DNA from: Lama glama
Lineage: Eukaryota
Length of the DNA stretch: 64,000 nucleotides
Assembly: GCA_028534125.1 (NCBI GenBank)
Contig: CM052818.1
Coordinates: 31,808,001 to 31,872,000 of the forward strand
Direction: 5' to 3'
Shown: in pieces, positions 1 to 13,709 of the stretch
How the letters are laid out: the number at the start of each line of letters is the position of its first letter
Position numbering within the stretch: position 1 is the stretch's first letter
Translations under genes and position numbers: made by a program
The notes under the pieces: generated by a model
Databases searched by the model: none
Seen by the model: the letters and a program-made list of their open reading frames with translations, nothing else
What the model was told of the DNA's origin: nothing

Positions 1-300
1 AAAAGATTGATAAATTTGACTACATCAAAATATAAGAAAAACTTTTCAATGATAGATGTATGCAACTTGACCCATAATAGAAATTAAAATAAAAAATATA
101 CTGAGACACTGTTTTTCATCCTTCAGAATTAGGATTGGAAAACAGAAATTCTTATTCATTGCTGATAGGAATGTGAAAAAGTACAGTCTCTCTAAAGAGA
201 ATTTGGTAATATCTAACAAAACTACATACATATTTATTTACCTTTGATCCAGATACCCTTTGAAATACACCACCAACAGTAAAGAATACATTAGTTCTAG
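1..300 (+). mobile_element. Old L1 (L1ME/L1MC-like) ORF2-end/3' fragment
   Basis: AAAGATTGATAAATTTGACTACATCAAAAT and CATTGCTGATAGGAATGTGAAA..AATTTGGTAATATCTA resemble L1M 3' regions. Confidence 0.6.
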
Positions 301-1139
301 AGTATGCATTACTTCCTTTTCCTTCACCTTTCAATTTCTGTGAGCTGAATCATTCATTTCTAAAGTTGAGAGTACCTATATTATATTTTGGAATTATAAT
401 TAAGTTTTCTTTGACTTTGCTGTAAGTTAATTCCAAAAGTGAAAGCCAACACAAAGCTTTGATGTTATTGTGAGGAGGTGCTGGCTGTTTATTGCAGAGC
501 CAAGTTCTATGCTCTGATTATAGTTCTTTCTCTGTAGTTGCAATGTCTTTTACTCTTGTGCAACTTAAGGGGAAAATCCTCAATGAATTTTTTTCTTACA
601 TTCCACCAGTTGCTGAAAATCATGTCATATTTAAGCTGATTTCATATTTGGGCTTTGCCTTTCTTGTTCTTACTCCTCTTCTACTGTCATCCTGAAATTA
701 TGAATTGTGTTACATTTCTCTTGTTAAGGGAAGAAATGCACAACTTTTCACCTTACTCCTTTTACTTGTCTGTCTGTTCGAAATCAGGTTCATTTCTTCA
801 AGGACAATAATCTCCTGTTCTGTGTTGAGCCAGTTGCTTCATATTTGGACCATAATTTTCCTGAGAGCTTTTCATTTTTTCTTGGAGTAAGTGCCTTTCT
901 TTATTTCCTCCCATGCTTTTTATGTTTTTAGCATTCCTAATGTGTTTCTTTCACCCTTGGTTTTTTTCTATTTGTTTGTTTTTGTGGTTTGTTTTTAATT
1001 CAAATCTTCCTTCTTAGAGGTCTCAGTCTCCCTGATCCATTCTTCACTGGTTGCTAGGCCAGTGAAGCTGTCACATTAGGATTTTTTAAAGTTGTTATCC
1101 TTTGTTGCATCCCATTATTATCCTGGGTCCCATAGCTCC

Positions 1140-1830
1140 CTCTTTCTTTATTTCCATCCCTAATTTGTTGAACTATATCCTAATGTAACTTTTAAAAGAG
1201 GATACATGGAATATTAAGTTTCTGAGGTTTTGTATGTATCAAAATACTTTTATTCTTCTTTCATACTTGGATTTATCAATTTTCTGGTTATAAGAACTCT
1301 AGATTAAAATAATTTATCATCAGCCTTTAAGATATTCTTCGTCATATTCTAGCATCCAACATTCCTGATGAGAAATATGGTGTCAACTTGGATTTTTTTT
1401 TATATGTAAACATTCCCCCCCACCCCCTAGCCCCCGCTTCTCGACAGTTTTATTAGCTTCTGTTAGGCTTGGTGCTCATGTGTCTGGATGTGGGACAGTT
1501 TCTTTCTTCCTCCTTGAACACTATACTTTATCTATTAAGAGGCCTTTCAATTGAACCTAGACTTTCTGAATTGACCACTAAGTCTCTTTTCTCTCACCAT
1601 CACATTGGTGTTTTTGTTCTACATCCTCAAAGTATATACTTTCAGACTTAACTTTATTTTCTAATGATTCTGTTTATTTATTTATTTTTTACTTTGGAGA
1701 AATTATATTTTTAATTTCCAAGAGATCTTTATTTTCTCTGATATTTAAAAAAATGGCACTCTGATCTTGCTTTATTAGTTCAGTATTTTCTTGAATTCTA
1801 CTGGTGACATTTTATTTTAATCTTGATGTT
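1140..1830 (-). mobile_element. Old L1/HAL1-like ORF1-region fragment
   Basis: T-rich, with CTGGTTATAAGAACTCTAGATT..TTCTAGCATCCAACATTCCTGATGAGAA motifs typical of antisense L1M/HAL1 ORF1. Confidence 0.45.
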
Positions 1831-3569
1831 TCCTTATTATGCTGCTGGCTTTGCTTGCTTTCAGGCTTTGCCCAGTCATTTTTTGATTTAGGCTGGAAAA
1901 AGATTGGAAATTCTCCGTTCTTGTCTGGGCTTGACTGGCAGCTTTCCTGAGGGTATAGAATCTTGGAAGCCCTATCCTGAAGGCTTTCCAAAGGCCCAAA
2001 TGAGGAGGACTTTGCTCAGGGACTTTGCTCAAAGAAAGACTGTAGTCTTCCCCACATAGTTCAATCTGATTCACCAGAACAAGAGACATTTTTTCCTCCT
2101 TCGCATGGGACAAATTACCTAGCACCTAGTATTCTGCATATGAGAGTGGAGGTAAATTGTTCAACAGACACACCTCTAATTTTCGTTCCATTCTGACTCC
2201 AGGTTCCACTGTACTTGCCCCCTCTGGAAGTTTGCCTGAAATTTAACTCCCTCGTCATCTGTAGCCAACATCATAAGTATACTAGACTACAGTTTCATCT
2301 GTTATCAGTCAGTACTTACTGAATGATTGCCTTCTCCCTTTTTTGAATGCTCTGGTCTGCTGATGGCCCCTCTGTTCTATTTGATCCTTAATGAAGTCTT
2401 GGGAGGAATAAGACATATATTTAGTCCGCTATCTTCGGGAGTAAGTTTTAATTACCAACAGTTTTGAATCCTCTATTAATGCATTCTGTTTTTTAATTTT
2501 CCTAGATACAAACCTACTCATTCCTGAATTAGTGATTCTCTGTTCACCAAGGATCAGTATTTACCACTTGATAAGTAATACTGGCTTCTTGGAACTTCCC
2601 CAAATCCCTGATTTTCCAGAGGCCAGGCCATGATCACAAAATCTAGAGTGATAGCTTTGTCTTGAGCTTTGCTGTCTCCAAGCCTTTGCCTGTTTTCCCC
2701 CCACTGGGATATTCCCCCCTTTCCCTGTACCTCACCTGTTGTTTCCTCCCATATAAATCCCACCCAAGCTTCAAGGCTAGACTGGACAGGCCACTCAAAG
2801 TACTTGCCTTATCAATATGCTCTTTCTAACAGAGTCTCTGCCCAGAGCCCTGCTGATGGAGGTTGTCATCAGAGGTTCCTTCACAATGTATACCATGTTA
2901 TACCATGTGATTCCCCCTACTGCATCACAGCTGATTATGTGAGGCTTGGCCATGACCCAAGGAAAACTAATCTATAGATATGACAGTAGCCTGTGAGGTG
3001 ACTTTACATTGTTTTACCTGATAAGACTGATGGAGACTAAATTGCATCCATTACTGTGTTGGGCATTTAGGTGATAACTGAGAGGGTATACAGAGTCTGA
3101 AGCACATGGAAAGAAGCAAACACAAGCATGTGCTGAATCACATTAATGGTGAGGAATAAATGAGTGACTAAACAAGACAAGGTGGTCGCTGGCAGTGCCT
3201 TGGGCCCCAAGTGACCTTCATCTAGTCCCAGACTCTATTAGCTAGGTTGTGCCATAGGCATGTGCACCCCATGAGGTCTAGCTGGAAAGTTTTTCCTGGT
3301 TAAGTGAGGTCTGGCTGATGGCTAGGAGTCTTTTTTCCTTAGTCCTGCCCACATTCTAATCGTTAGCCTCCCTTTGCTTGGGAGCATCGTAAGGAAGTTG
3401 TAGAATCCAGGCCAGAGTGAAACAAACCTAAAGGCCCATGCTCCATGAAATTGCCACTGCAACCCCAGAAATCACTCCTTCCTCTAAACTCAGAGAGCCC
3501 TTTGAACACTACAGGTATTCCTTGCAGGACATGGCCCATGCCTCATGTTTTAACTTTCAGACCTGCACT

Positions 3570-3700
3570 GTAACTCCTACAAGATTAGAAGAGTATGAGG
3601 ACCTTGCCTTGTTCACCATTATCTTTTCATAGTGCCTAGAGTAGGAGTGATACATAAGAACTATTCACTGAATGTTTGCTGAATCAGTGAATGAAAAGAT
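3570..3700 (+). mobile_element. L2 3' end
   Basis: CCTTGTTCACC..GTGCCTAGAGTAGG..GAATGTTTGCTGAATCAGTGAATGAA resembles the L2 tail. Confidence 0.6.
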
Positions 3701-4039
3701 GGAAGAGCAAGACAAGGAGAGAGCAGTGGAAAGAAATATTTTGATAAGTACACATGGGAATTTCCTTCTAGCTATTATTTATTCCACTCAGCACATGGAT
3801 GCGTGCACCTATTGAACAAACATTTTGGGGGTGCACATTGGCTGTGTATTAAGTGTTAGATGTACAAAGAAAGATTTTAAAAAAGATACCTTTCTTCTTA
3901 AGTTCCACATAGGAAAAGGGAGTTATAAAGTAATAATTATAGTACAATAAATGTTGGGTTCTGATAGTTTTCAGACTATAAAAGAGAATCTGACATATAA
4001 ACAAGGAAGTCTTTACCAAAGGGAGGAGAGATTAAGCTC

Positions 4040-4230
4040 CTACTATGTGTCTGCCCTCTGCATAGATTAACTCAGTTGATTCTCAGAATAGGGTTTTTGT
4101 GCCTATATAAAGCATCTTTTATTCATCTGTAGGTGAGAAACAGGCTCAGGGAGATTTGGACTGTGCTTGGGTTCCACAGCCAGCAAGTGTCTGAGGCATC
4201 ACTTCATCTGTTTCTTCTGACTTTAAATCT
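4040..4230 (-). mobile_element. MIR SINE
   Basis: Antisense MIR core GGTGAGAAACAGGCTCAGGGAG..CACAGCCAGCAAGT. Confidence 0.55.
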
Positions 4231-5239
4231 TCCTGCTGTCTCAGGTGTCAGGTGCCTGCCTGCCACAGGTAACTGTCTCACAAAGCTTAACCTTGCTCAG
4301 ACATAAGATTGGTGGATAGAAAACAGAGTTTGATTTAAGATTGTTCTGACTGTAACTAACACCCTGGGGGCGTTTAGAGGAAAACAAGCCCACTGTTTAT
4401 TGGCCTCACACCACTCTTTCAGTCTCAACAGCTAGCTTCTGTTCTAAGGAGGCCTGGTTTCCCCATCTTCCACCTGGTGCTCAGACCCACACAGCCAGGC
4501 ACCAACTGCTGGGTCCAAAGGGAGGTACAGACACAGGCTCCAACCTGCAGCTTACCCAGCTGCTTTAGACCTGGGCTTTGCATCAGCTCTGCCTGCAAGA
4601 CTTTGTTTAATTATTGCAAACCTGCTGACTTCAGGTTTCAATGTTGTTGTTGTTTGTTTTTAAAATACTGTATACTTAAGTTCAGCAAGGGATCTGGAAT
4701 ATAGAGTTAAACATTTATCCATCAGTGGCCATGTCATTATCAAAAGCAGTTGGTAATTTCCACTCCAAGGTTGTGCTGGAACCAATCTGGAGCTCAGCCT
4801 GGAGCCCAGGGGTGCTGGGAGCCTTGACAGACTGCAGAGTCACCTGTTGCTACTGGCCACCAGGCATCCAGACATCCAGGCATAAGGCAGGGGCCTAGCA
4901 GTGGTGGGGATAGAGACATAGACCCCAAGAGCCAGACTAAGGGGCTGTGCAAAGATGCCAGCTTTGCAAAGTGTAGCAGAGAGGACAGAAAAATGGTATA
5001 TTGCCCTTGAGCACTGTGTGCCTTTCTTGCTGTGCCGCTGAGCACCTCTGGAGGGAGAACACTGCTGTGCGGGCACAACTGCCTGTGCTCTTCCGACAAT
5101 TTACCCTCAAGGTTCATATAACCCTTCTGAGCACATTCAGTCCCCCACTTAATCTCTTATAAAAGCTCTGGGTAAATGATGGAGAATGTCTCAGATTGGA
5201 AAGAGAGGCTTATTCTGCTCCAGGGAGGGCATAAATGTA

Positions 5240-5470
5240 TATAGAGGTTATGGGCATGGGCTTGAAAATCAGAATAAGCAGTTTCCCAATTCCACTTCTT
5301 TCACTTCTTATCTGCCCAAACTGGGGCAAAGAACTTACTTTCTCCAAGCTCCAATGATCTATATAATGGGGCTAATGCTACCTATGTCGTAGTTTGTTGT
5401 GAAGAATTAATGAACCACCGTTTAAAGGGCATAAGATACAGCGTAGGCATTTGCTGAATTGCGGCTGTTA
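5240..5470 (+). mobile_element. MIR SINE
   Basis: ATAATGGGGCTAATGCTACCT..GTTGTGAAGAATTAATGA core. Confidence 0.6.
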
Positions 5471-5975
5471 AATGAGTAAAGGATCCTTGGTCTCACTCCA
5501 TGAATAGGCTGAAGGGATTCCTCTATCCTCAGTGGGCCCCAGACTGAGGGTCGTGTGTGTTAGAACCCCTACATGAACTGACACCTTCTTCCTCTTCCTG
5601 GGTTCGGATGAGTGTTATTGATCCTGAAATGCTCAGCTTAAGCATCGTCCTCTGCATAGAACTTTCCCTGATCCCCACCAGATGATAAACTCCAGGCGGG
5701 CTGTATTTTTCTCTTTGTATTCCAGTATCAGTTATAGTATGTGGTACAGAAAGGCTCAATATAAGAAGAACTGAATTCAGGGTCCAAGTTTGTCCCTTTC
5801 TAACCCCCGGGCCAGGTGCCTGCTAGAGGAGATAGGGTCAACAGCACTGAAACAGCATTGACTGTGCTTTTAACAGAACAGGATCCAAAGGAGAGCTTAG
5901 TGTTATGCCTGCATGCCTTGTCTGAGTTGGGAATACCTGTGGGTGCTTTAGGCAGATCTAAGCCATTAAAGGGAG

Positions 5976-6001
5976 AACAACAACAACAACAACAACAACA
6001 A
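5976..6001 (+). repeat. (AAC)n microsatellite
   Basis: About 8 AAC units seen directly. Confidence 0.9.
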
Positions 6002-6254
6002 ATGAAAGGAGAGAAAAATAAGAGAAGAAACAGAGGAAATGCAGATTTGTAATAGGTCCATTATAGATCTTTACTGAGTGAACAAAAAAAATATTGCTTT
6101 ATTGAGCATGAAAATGAAAGAAGAGAAAGAGAAGAAGAATAGTATTAGGGAGAGGACAACCAAGCAATGCCTTGTAGGCTCATGTTTACCTCTGAAAAGA
6201 CTCTGTGCCATGCAGTAAATAAGCTCCAGTGAGGTTTCAGCAATGGAAGGAGGA

Positions 6255-6480
6255 AGAGTGTGGGAGCCACGGGGTTCCAGGTCTGGAGTCAGGTTATCTG
6301 GTTGTGGGTTCCCAGTTCCACCAAATGGCCACTCAGCTAGCTCTTTAATACTTGATTTCCTGAGTTAATAGTATCTATCTTCTTGTTGTTGTAAGAGTTA
6401 AATGAGATGATCAGTGCAAAAGCGGTTGTCAGAGTGCTTGGTATACAGTAAATGCTCAGTAAATTGTATCAGTTATGTAA
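6255..6480 (+). mobile_element. MIR SINE
   Basis: CTGGAGTCAG..GTTGTAAGAGTTAAATGAGATGA..AGTAAATGCTCAGTAAA. Confidence 0.65.
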
Positions 6481-7378
6481 ATGTTTATATTTTTTGAATG
6501 TCCCAGGCCTGACTCCAAAGCCTCAGAGAGTTGGGGAAAGTGTGATGAAGGGGAATCCTTGGATATAGGATAATATGGCCCAAAATAGATCTTCTTCTCT
6601 TGCAGTTTTTTGCTCATTGAGATATTCAAAACATTTTTGTATGGATTTAAAGGAATTAAGCCATATGAAGAGACAAAAATAAAAGCAGTGGAAAGAATGA
6701 TCCTGGAGTCAGAACTCCTAAATTCTAGACTAAATCCCTACCCTTGCTCAATTTTGTGACCATAAGCTCCCAGGGGCTCTGATCACTCATCTGCCAAATA
6801 AAGGAGTTGTTCTATAAGCTCTTTTTTGGCTACAAAAGTCATTGATTCTAATATCCAGCCAATCTCAGTTGAAACATTTTTTTCCTTCTTGTCTACATTT
6901 GCTTGTTACCCTACCCAGTTGGCTGGGAGCTACAAATTGATAGGCAAAGCAAACCTCACCAGACAGGCTCTTCGTAAAGGGAATTGATGGCTGAATAAAT
7001 ACGAGTTATATCTAGCACTATATATTTAAATACTTAAGTTTAAGAACTCAAAGATTTCTGAGGCAGAAGTAGGGGAGGGGTGGGAGTGGGTGTGAAAAAT
7101 GCAAAGCATGATCAGACATGGATGTGCATTGGTCCCCCTCTAGAATACAAGCAGTGACTGAATAAGGCAGGGGTTTCCATCTCAGGGAAGAGAGAACCAA
7201 GAGGAAACCACAATGACTGATTATACAAAATCAAAGGATGGTCAGACGATGGAGAGGGGAGAGCTGTCTAATGGAGGAGGACATAGTCTCCCATGGCACT
7301 CCAAGAGAGAATGATGGCCAACAGGGCAGATTGCAGATTTCAGTGTAATGTCAGAAAACCTATCCATTTCATTAAAAG

Positions 7379-7591
7379 CAGGAGTTGGGAAACTTTCTCT
7401 GTAAAGGAACAGATAGTAGATATTCTCATCTTTATGAGTCATACAGTCTTTGTCACAGTTACTCAAGTCTGCCACTGTGATGTGAAAGCAGCCATAGAAG
7501 TACATATAAAACTGGCTGTGTGACAATAAAATATTATTTACAAAAGCTGGTGGCAGGTCAGGTTTGGCCTATGGGCCACAGTTTGACCCTG
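7379..7591 (-). mobile_element. MER58A-like hAT-Charlie MITE
   Basis: CAGGAGTTGGGAAACTT...CAGTTTGACCCTG termini. Internal TGTAAAGG..AGATAGTA..AAAGCAGCCATAGA..CAATAAAA..TATTTACAAAA matches the antisense of recalled MER58A. Confidence 0.8.
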
Positions 7592-8051
7592 GTATTAGAG
7601 GAACCCTTCTCCCATAACATCACATGGAGAACTATTCCAGTAGAGGTTTAAAGACCCCTTAGTAGTGCCAAGGTGTATATTCCTGGGTAGAGATTCTGAT
7701 TGGATGGCCTGTGGTGTCCCTTTTAATAATAAATTCTATACTTGTTAGAGGGTGGACATAGGGTGAGACCATGGGGTCCTGAGTGTCTGAGACGGGACAG
7801 AAAACTTTGGAAGGAGAAACTGAGGCTCTTAAGACAAACTCCACAATTAGCCTGGGGCTGCTGCAGTCTAGTTTGATGCTTTTCAACTTTGATTTTTTTC
7901 TCTTTGGAGGAAGATTGGAAAGAATTTTATGTTCTTAAGATTTGGGTTTGAAATAGAGCTCATGGCGATGGTCAATTACTAACACAGGAGATGGGAAAAA
8001 ATTCCATTTTTCTTTCTTTTGATATTTTGGTTTCCCCACCATTTGCCCAAC

Positions 8052-8107
8052 ATACACATGCACGCACACACGCACACACGCACGCACACACACACACGCA
8101 CACACAC
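8052..8107 (+). repeat. (CA/CG)n imperfect microsatellite
   Basis: Alternating purine-pyrimidine run seen directly. Confidence 0.9.
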
Positions 8108-8699
8108 TTCATCACTCACTTGTTTTGTTTACACTTTCATGCAGACCAGATGGATACAGAACAGTCATGTAAGAACCCAAAAGAAGCACAGCCTGAGCAG
8201 AAGGGTGCAACTTTGTTTCACTCCATGGCCTCTTCTTCATGTTTTACTCCCCCAGAAAGCCATGCCCTTTTGGGTTTGCTTCGTAATCTGTTCAGTCTTC
8301 CTTAAAAATATAGCAGGACTTGGAAATGGAAGGAGGGCTCTGGAGTTGATGGAGGGACTGTTAAGTGTGTATAGACCAGCCTTTGTTACCTGACTCCAGG
8401 CCACCAGGCATGTGAAATGTTAAGACAGTGGGCTCTTCCAGGGGCTGCCAGCAGGTCAATGTGGATCCTGTAACAAGCCACTGATAATGTCTAATCTTTG
8501 TAAAGCCCAGCTCATTTGGAGCCATGCAGGATTCTAGCTTTTTACATGGCCATTACCTCCAATCAGGAACCAGCTAGGCATATTTGAGGACTTGAACTGA
8601 GTTATCTTTCAGTTTTGTGGCATAACTGACTGCAGATTTCTAAGACCTGGTCTACCAGACACTGGAATATCTGCTATTTTAGCATCCTCAGTGTTTCAG

Positions 8700-8835
8700 A
8701 GTAGAAATATGATGGGAGTTTGGAGTCAGATCGTTTGGGTTTAAGCTCTGGCTCCATAACTTAGTAGATATGGGGCCTTGGGCAAGTCTCAGCCTTGTGA
8801 GACTTTGGTTCACCACTTGTGAAATGGAAATTTTA
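8700..8835 (+). mobile_element. MIR SINE
   Basis: TTTGGAGTCAGA..TTGGGCAAGT..CTTGTGAAATGG. Confidence 0.65.
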
Positions 8836-8865
8836 AAGTAAAATAAAACAAAACTGTGCCAAGTA

Positions 8866-9475
8866 GAGTGGATTCTCTTTGTATGTGGTAGTGATGTTCT
8901 ATAAAGTTGCCATGAACTCTGAATTGGTGAATATTGAACCAGTGCTCGTAGGGGAAATGCAGAGTTAGGTTCCTGTGAGCCTCTGGTCACAGTAGTTTAA
9001 TCTATCAATATATAACCCCATTTTATGTGTGTTTCTATTTTAAAACATCTTATTTAATATATATTGTTGATTCATTAACACTAAACTCATGGCCAGTAGC
9101 ACTGTAACTCATGCCTGAATGAAGCCTATCTAACACATGCATTTTCTCTGCCTTGTTGCTGTGCATCACTCCAGCACTGCACTTGGGGACTATTTTAAAC
9201 AGTGAAATCACCAATAGAAAGCACAAAACTGTGAAAAACTTGACACTAAATAGATGGCAGAAAGGGCACTGGTTTATAGTATGAGAGCTGAAACAAAAAG
9301 AACATCACCTTGTTTGACCTCATCTGGGAATCTGCACAAAAATGTTTGCTGCTCTGTGCATGTCTGTGAATAACCAAGAAAGCATTGCCAAGAATTGATT
9401 TTGGCATTACAAATAAATTTTAGGGAGTAGGAGACTTCGCAAATATCAAAGGTATGAAATAGTGAGGATCGACTG
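8866..9475 (-). mobile_element. TcMar-Tigger non-autonomous element (MER82-like)
   Basis: TA on both flanks (8864-8865, 9476-9477). Imperfect TIRs GAGTGGATTCTC / GAGGATCGACTG. About 610 bp; internal sequence matches recalled MER82-type consensus. Confidence 0.7.
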
Positions 9476-10509
9476 TACTTGAGACTCACCATGAGGTTCT
9501 ATTGTGATGAAGTCCAAAGGAACCCGTCTAGTGTGCAAAGGCCTTCAAGATCTATCCCTTGCCTGCTTTTCCAGCCCTTTCTGTGATTGTCATCTGATAC
9601 ACACCTCATTCTACAGCCATCCTTGCTGATCTTTGGTCAAGAAATGCTGTTTCTTGCTTCTGTGCCATTGCACACCACACACTATTTTCTGCCTAAAATT
9701 CCCTTTTCATTCCCGTAAAGGTAATCTATTATTCTATTAAAGGAATGCCAATAGGTAGGAAACGTGGTCTTTCACACATTTTGTATATTTGCCTCAGAAC
9801 AAAAATTCTATTTTTAAGATTCATTTTTTAAGGCACACGTAAATCATGGGAGAAACACATGAAACTTACTTTTCATTAAGGGTCAGTTTCTTCTGAATCT
9901 TTTAATTGTCATTTCTTTCAGAAACTCAGTCCTGGTGAGTGCTCTCCATATCAGGGGTTGGAGGAAAATTCCTGCTTCGTTTTTCCAGGCTTTTATACTT
10001 AAGATTTACCTTTAGTCTCATCCTGTAGTTTCTACTCTTGACTTGAGCTTTCATCACATGAGACCTTTTGGAATGGTAAGATTGGAAGAACCATAATCAA
10101 AATAACATTGTAAATCAAGCCAACCCTTTATGTCTCAGAATGATAGTCCAGCCCTCAGCCCTGGTCACTCCAGGTCAGGGCTGGACTTCCTAGAGGTGTG
10201 GAATGAGTAACACAATGAGTCCCATGAGTCTGGATCTTAGGTAGCTGCCTCTGAGCAGCTTGGCTAGATGTCCCTGCCAGCTGGGTTTGGCTCCCATCTG
10301 TTCTGCCTATCCCTTGGACAGGTCTGCCCCATTCCTCCCTTGTTTCATGCCTGCCTCTATCTGCTCCTGGGGCTTATTTTTGTGTTTGTTTCATCTTCAC
10401 TAAGCCAGCTAATTTCTAGCTGCTCCTGGCTTCTCCCATCTGCATGAACTACCTTTCCTCCACCCTTTGTGCCAAGGCCCTGACTGTGCCATCTGACTCC
10501 AAAAAGAGG

Positions 10510-10700
10510 TGGAACTGGGTAGTGAAAACACTGGGTTGAGAGTTAAGCAGACATGGATTCTGGCCCTGTTTCCACCTCTCACTTTCAGGGTATTGTGCAA
10601 ATCTTTTATTATTCTTTGTCTCAGTTTCCCCATCTATAAAATGAAAGCATTGACTAGATTGCTGAGGGCTTTCCCAGCATTTACATTCTATGCTGCTATG
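10510..10700 (+). mobile_element. MIR-family SINE
   Basis: GTCTCAGTTTCCCCATCTATAAAATG core. Confidence 0.65.
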
Positions 10701-11786
10701 AGTTTTGGGAAGGGAGATGGGTAGGAGGGACATGATTTGTCCACAGGTAGATAAACTACCTTTGACCAGTTCCAGAGCTAATGAAAAATCTGCTCCATGA
10801 CTATTAGGCTGAAAAGGCTCAGCTGTCAGATCTGCATTTTCCAAGCTTGGTGGTGACAGCATTGTGTGAGTGCTGTTGACAAAAATGAAAATTAGGCAGA
10901 ACACTAACAATATGGAGGGTACATTATTTGGTTTTCAAAATAATCTCACATTCATGCATTCCTCATCTTTTGGAAGAGAAAAACCTCTCGGGATATCAGT
11001 ATAAGTCTTACTTCTCGCTTTTAAAATGCTGTTTGGTGGTTTAGAGATTAGCTTAAAAAGGAAGCACAAGCAGCCAAATGCCCATGGATCAAAGCAAGAG
11101 AATGTTCACTAATTGAGGGCATTTATAATGTAAAATTAATGACACATATTGATAACGACGGGGATGGTGGTGGTGATGATGGTAATAATGATAACAACAG
11201 CCAGGACACGCAGAGCATATATACTGTGTGCGAGGGCCTATATGAAGTCTGTATATGTACTGTCTCATTTAATCCTCAAGAGCCACATTGTATTATCCAA
11301 GGTCACACTAATATTATATACACAACGAATCCAAATATGCTTCGGGGACAACAGTAATGTTAGTAATAGTAGTATTTTTACATTACCTTCAGTTTGTAAG
11401 CCATTGTCCAGTGATGATACCTTTTCTATTTTGACTTTGGCAACAACCCTAAGCTGTGGAAAGGGTGGCTGTATCTCATGCTATAGATAAGCTTATAAGT
11501 TGAGACTTGCAAAGGTAAAGTAACAGACCAACAGGCACCTAAGAAAGAAATGATGAGGATCACTTCAGAGGGACTGCATTGGGGATTCAAGGACAGTTCC
11601 ACCACTGTGATTTGTACAACAACAAAGAAAATAAAGTGTTTACTCTTGAATGCTGCAAAAGCATTTGCTTAATTGCATGCCCTTTGGCTGTTCTGAAACC
11701 TGATTTGGAAATATCTGAGACTATAAAAGGTTTCACAATTCTTTAAAAAGAAAGCAGCTCTCCTTCTTCACAACCTTGGGCTTATT

Positions 11787-11788
<2 letters not shown>

Positions 11789-11878
<90 letters not shown>
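11789..11878 (+). repeat. (TG)45 perfect microsatellite
   Basis: 90 bp of uninterrupted TG. Confidence 0.98.
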
Positions 11879-11883
<5 letters not shown>

Positions 11884-12773
11884 CTGAGCAGAGGAGGGTT
11901 TGCAATATTGCAGCCACTGCTGCTCTCTGCCCCTCAGTGATGGCTGCTTTTTCTGCTGAGTTTTTCTTTGAAATCATTGACCTTTGAAATTTTAGGCCTG
12001 CTTAATTTCCAGTCTGTGTTGCCTTGGCTGCGGCCAACCCTTAACCCAGGCGCTGTGCAGAGTGGGCTGAGGGGCAGTGGAGTGGAGTCTAAGGCTGGGG
12101 CCCTTCTCCTCCCCATGCTGCTTTCATTCCCCCCAAGGTCAGCCAGAGGGCTCAGACAAGAATAAAAGATGATCTCAGTGTGCTCACTTCCAGGTTCTGC
12201 ATTCAGGAACTTTATGAACTTATTCTTTTAATCTTTCTTCACATTTCTGCCTGGTCTCAGCTTGCTACCATGTGCTTTTCTGAGTAACTTTCTTCTTATT
12301 TCCTCTTCTAGGTCATTCATAAGGATGTTAATCATTTAGAAGGATGGGAGCTTTCCCTACCTGGAGAATGCTTTTTCCTGAACTCATTGAAAGTCTCTTT
12401 GATTTTCCCAAGAAGCAAGAGAATAAAATCTAGACTAAGTAGGAAAATATTCTGTGTGGATAATATATTTATAAGCTCTGGGTGTTATATCAAAATCCCC
12501 ACATAGTGTAGAAGCCTGCTACCTGCTCCCATTGGCAGGGTATGTGGTTGCCTATATAGTATGTTTTAAAGTTTGCTAGAAAAAACTCCCTGCCTCTAAA
12601 TATGTTGCCTTGGATTCTGCCATTACAGATATATAACTTAGTGTTAAATGTTGTCCTCTATGTTCTTGTGATAGGGGTGAGAAACTCTTCTAAAATCAGA
12701 ATACTCCTAAAGTGGTTTTTAGCTAGAATTGTGTTTGTCTAGGGTAACAGTATCTGGATTGAGTTTTACCAAG

Positions 12774-13227
12774 TGTAGCAGATGCTGCTGGTACCCCACC
12801 CATACCTGTCGATAGGCTTCTCACTGCTTCTGCAAATAGCCCCAGTCTTGGTCCTAGGGCTTTTTCAGGCTGTGGGAGTATGTTTGGCCTGTACACAGAA
12901 CAGGCCAGTGTGCTGGAGAATTAACACCCTGCAGAAACAGCTTTCCCTCAAGGATGGATGGGATTTTATGTCTGCATTCTCCAACCCCCTCTCTCCTTGG
13001 TAGGATAATTCTAGTATGTGTTCTATATGGTCTCCTGGACTTCCCCAGTGAGACCGAGCTCCAGTTTCCCACTGTGGTGACTGGATTGGTGACACACCGT
13101 TTTCTGGCTTCCTTCCCCTACCTGTGTCACCTCTCATCTTCCTACTGGTGTTTCCTGGGATTACTTCCCAAATAAACTACAGTTGAATTCTTGTCTCAGG
13201 GTTTCCGGGGAAACCCAAACCTAGACA
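12774..13227 (+). mobile_element. ERVL solo LTR (LTR16-like)
   Basis: TG...CA termini, AATAAA at 13171, 3' end TTGTCTCAGGG..GGGGAAACCCAAACCTAGACA typical of LTR16, 5-bp TSD CCAAG/CCAAA. Confidence 0.8.
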
Positions 13228-13709
13228 CCAAAGTAACAGCAGGTAGGTACAGTCCGCAAAGCATGAAGGACCCAGGCTACTGCTTCCAGCTATTCCATAT
13301 TGAGTCTGTGGTTTCAGTGTCATGGTGGCGAGAGAGCTGCTGCCCGCTCCAGGCTTTAGGTCCATGTTTCAGCCAGAAAAAAAGGAGAAAACACCAAAAG
13401 CCAAGACAGACCAAGACCTTCTCCATTAGAGGTTTTGCCATTTTAAACAGGAAGGGATACCTTCTCCAGAAAGTTCTGCTGTACCTCTTTTGTCAGAATT
13501 ATGTTTCCCCCACCCCCTCCTACAACAGTGAATACTGGGGAACTGAACAGTTTTAGCTGAGCATATTATCCTGCTAAGCAAAACTGGAACTCTCATTGTA
13601 AAATATAATGAAAATGGATATTGGGCAGGCAAGTAGCAATACTTGTCACAGATATTAATGCTTTATAATGTATTACTAACATCTGACTGTGGCACGTTAT
13701 TTTAGATCC

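Noticed and set aside
11768..11987. HT/CV-repeat ORFs (also at 7991-8393, and poly-Q at 5816-6052)
   Set aside because: These are translations of microsatellites.
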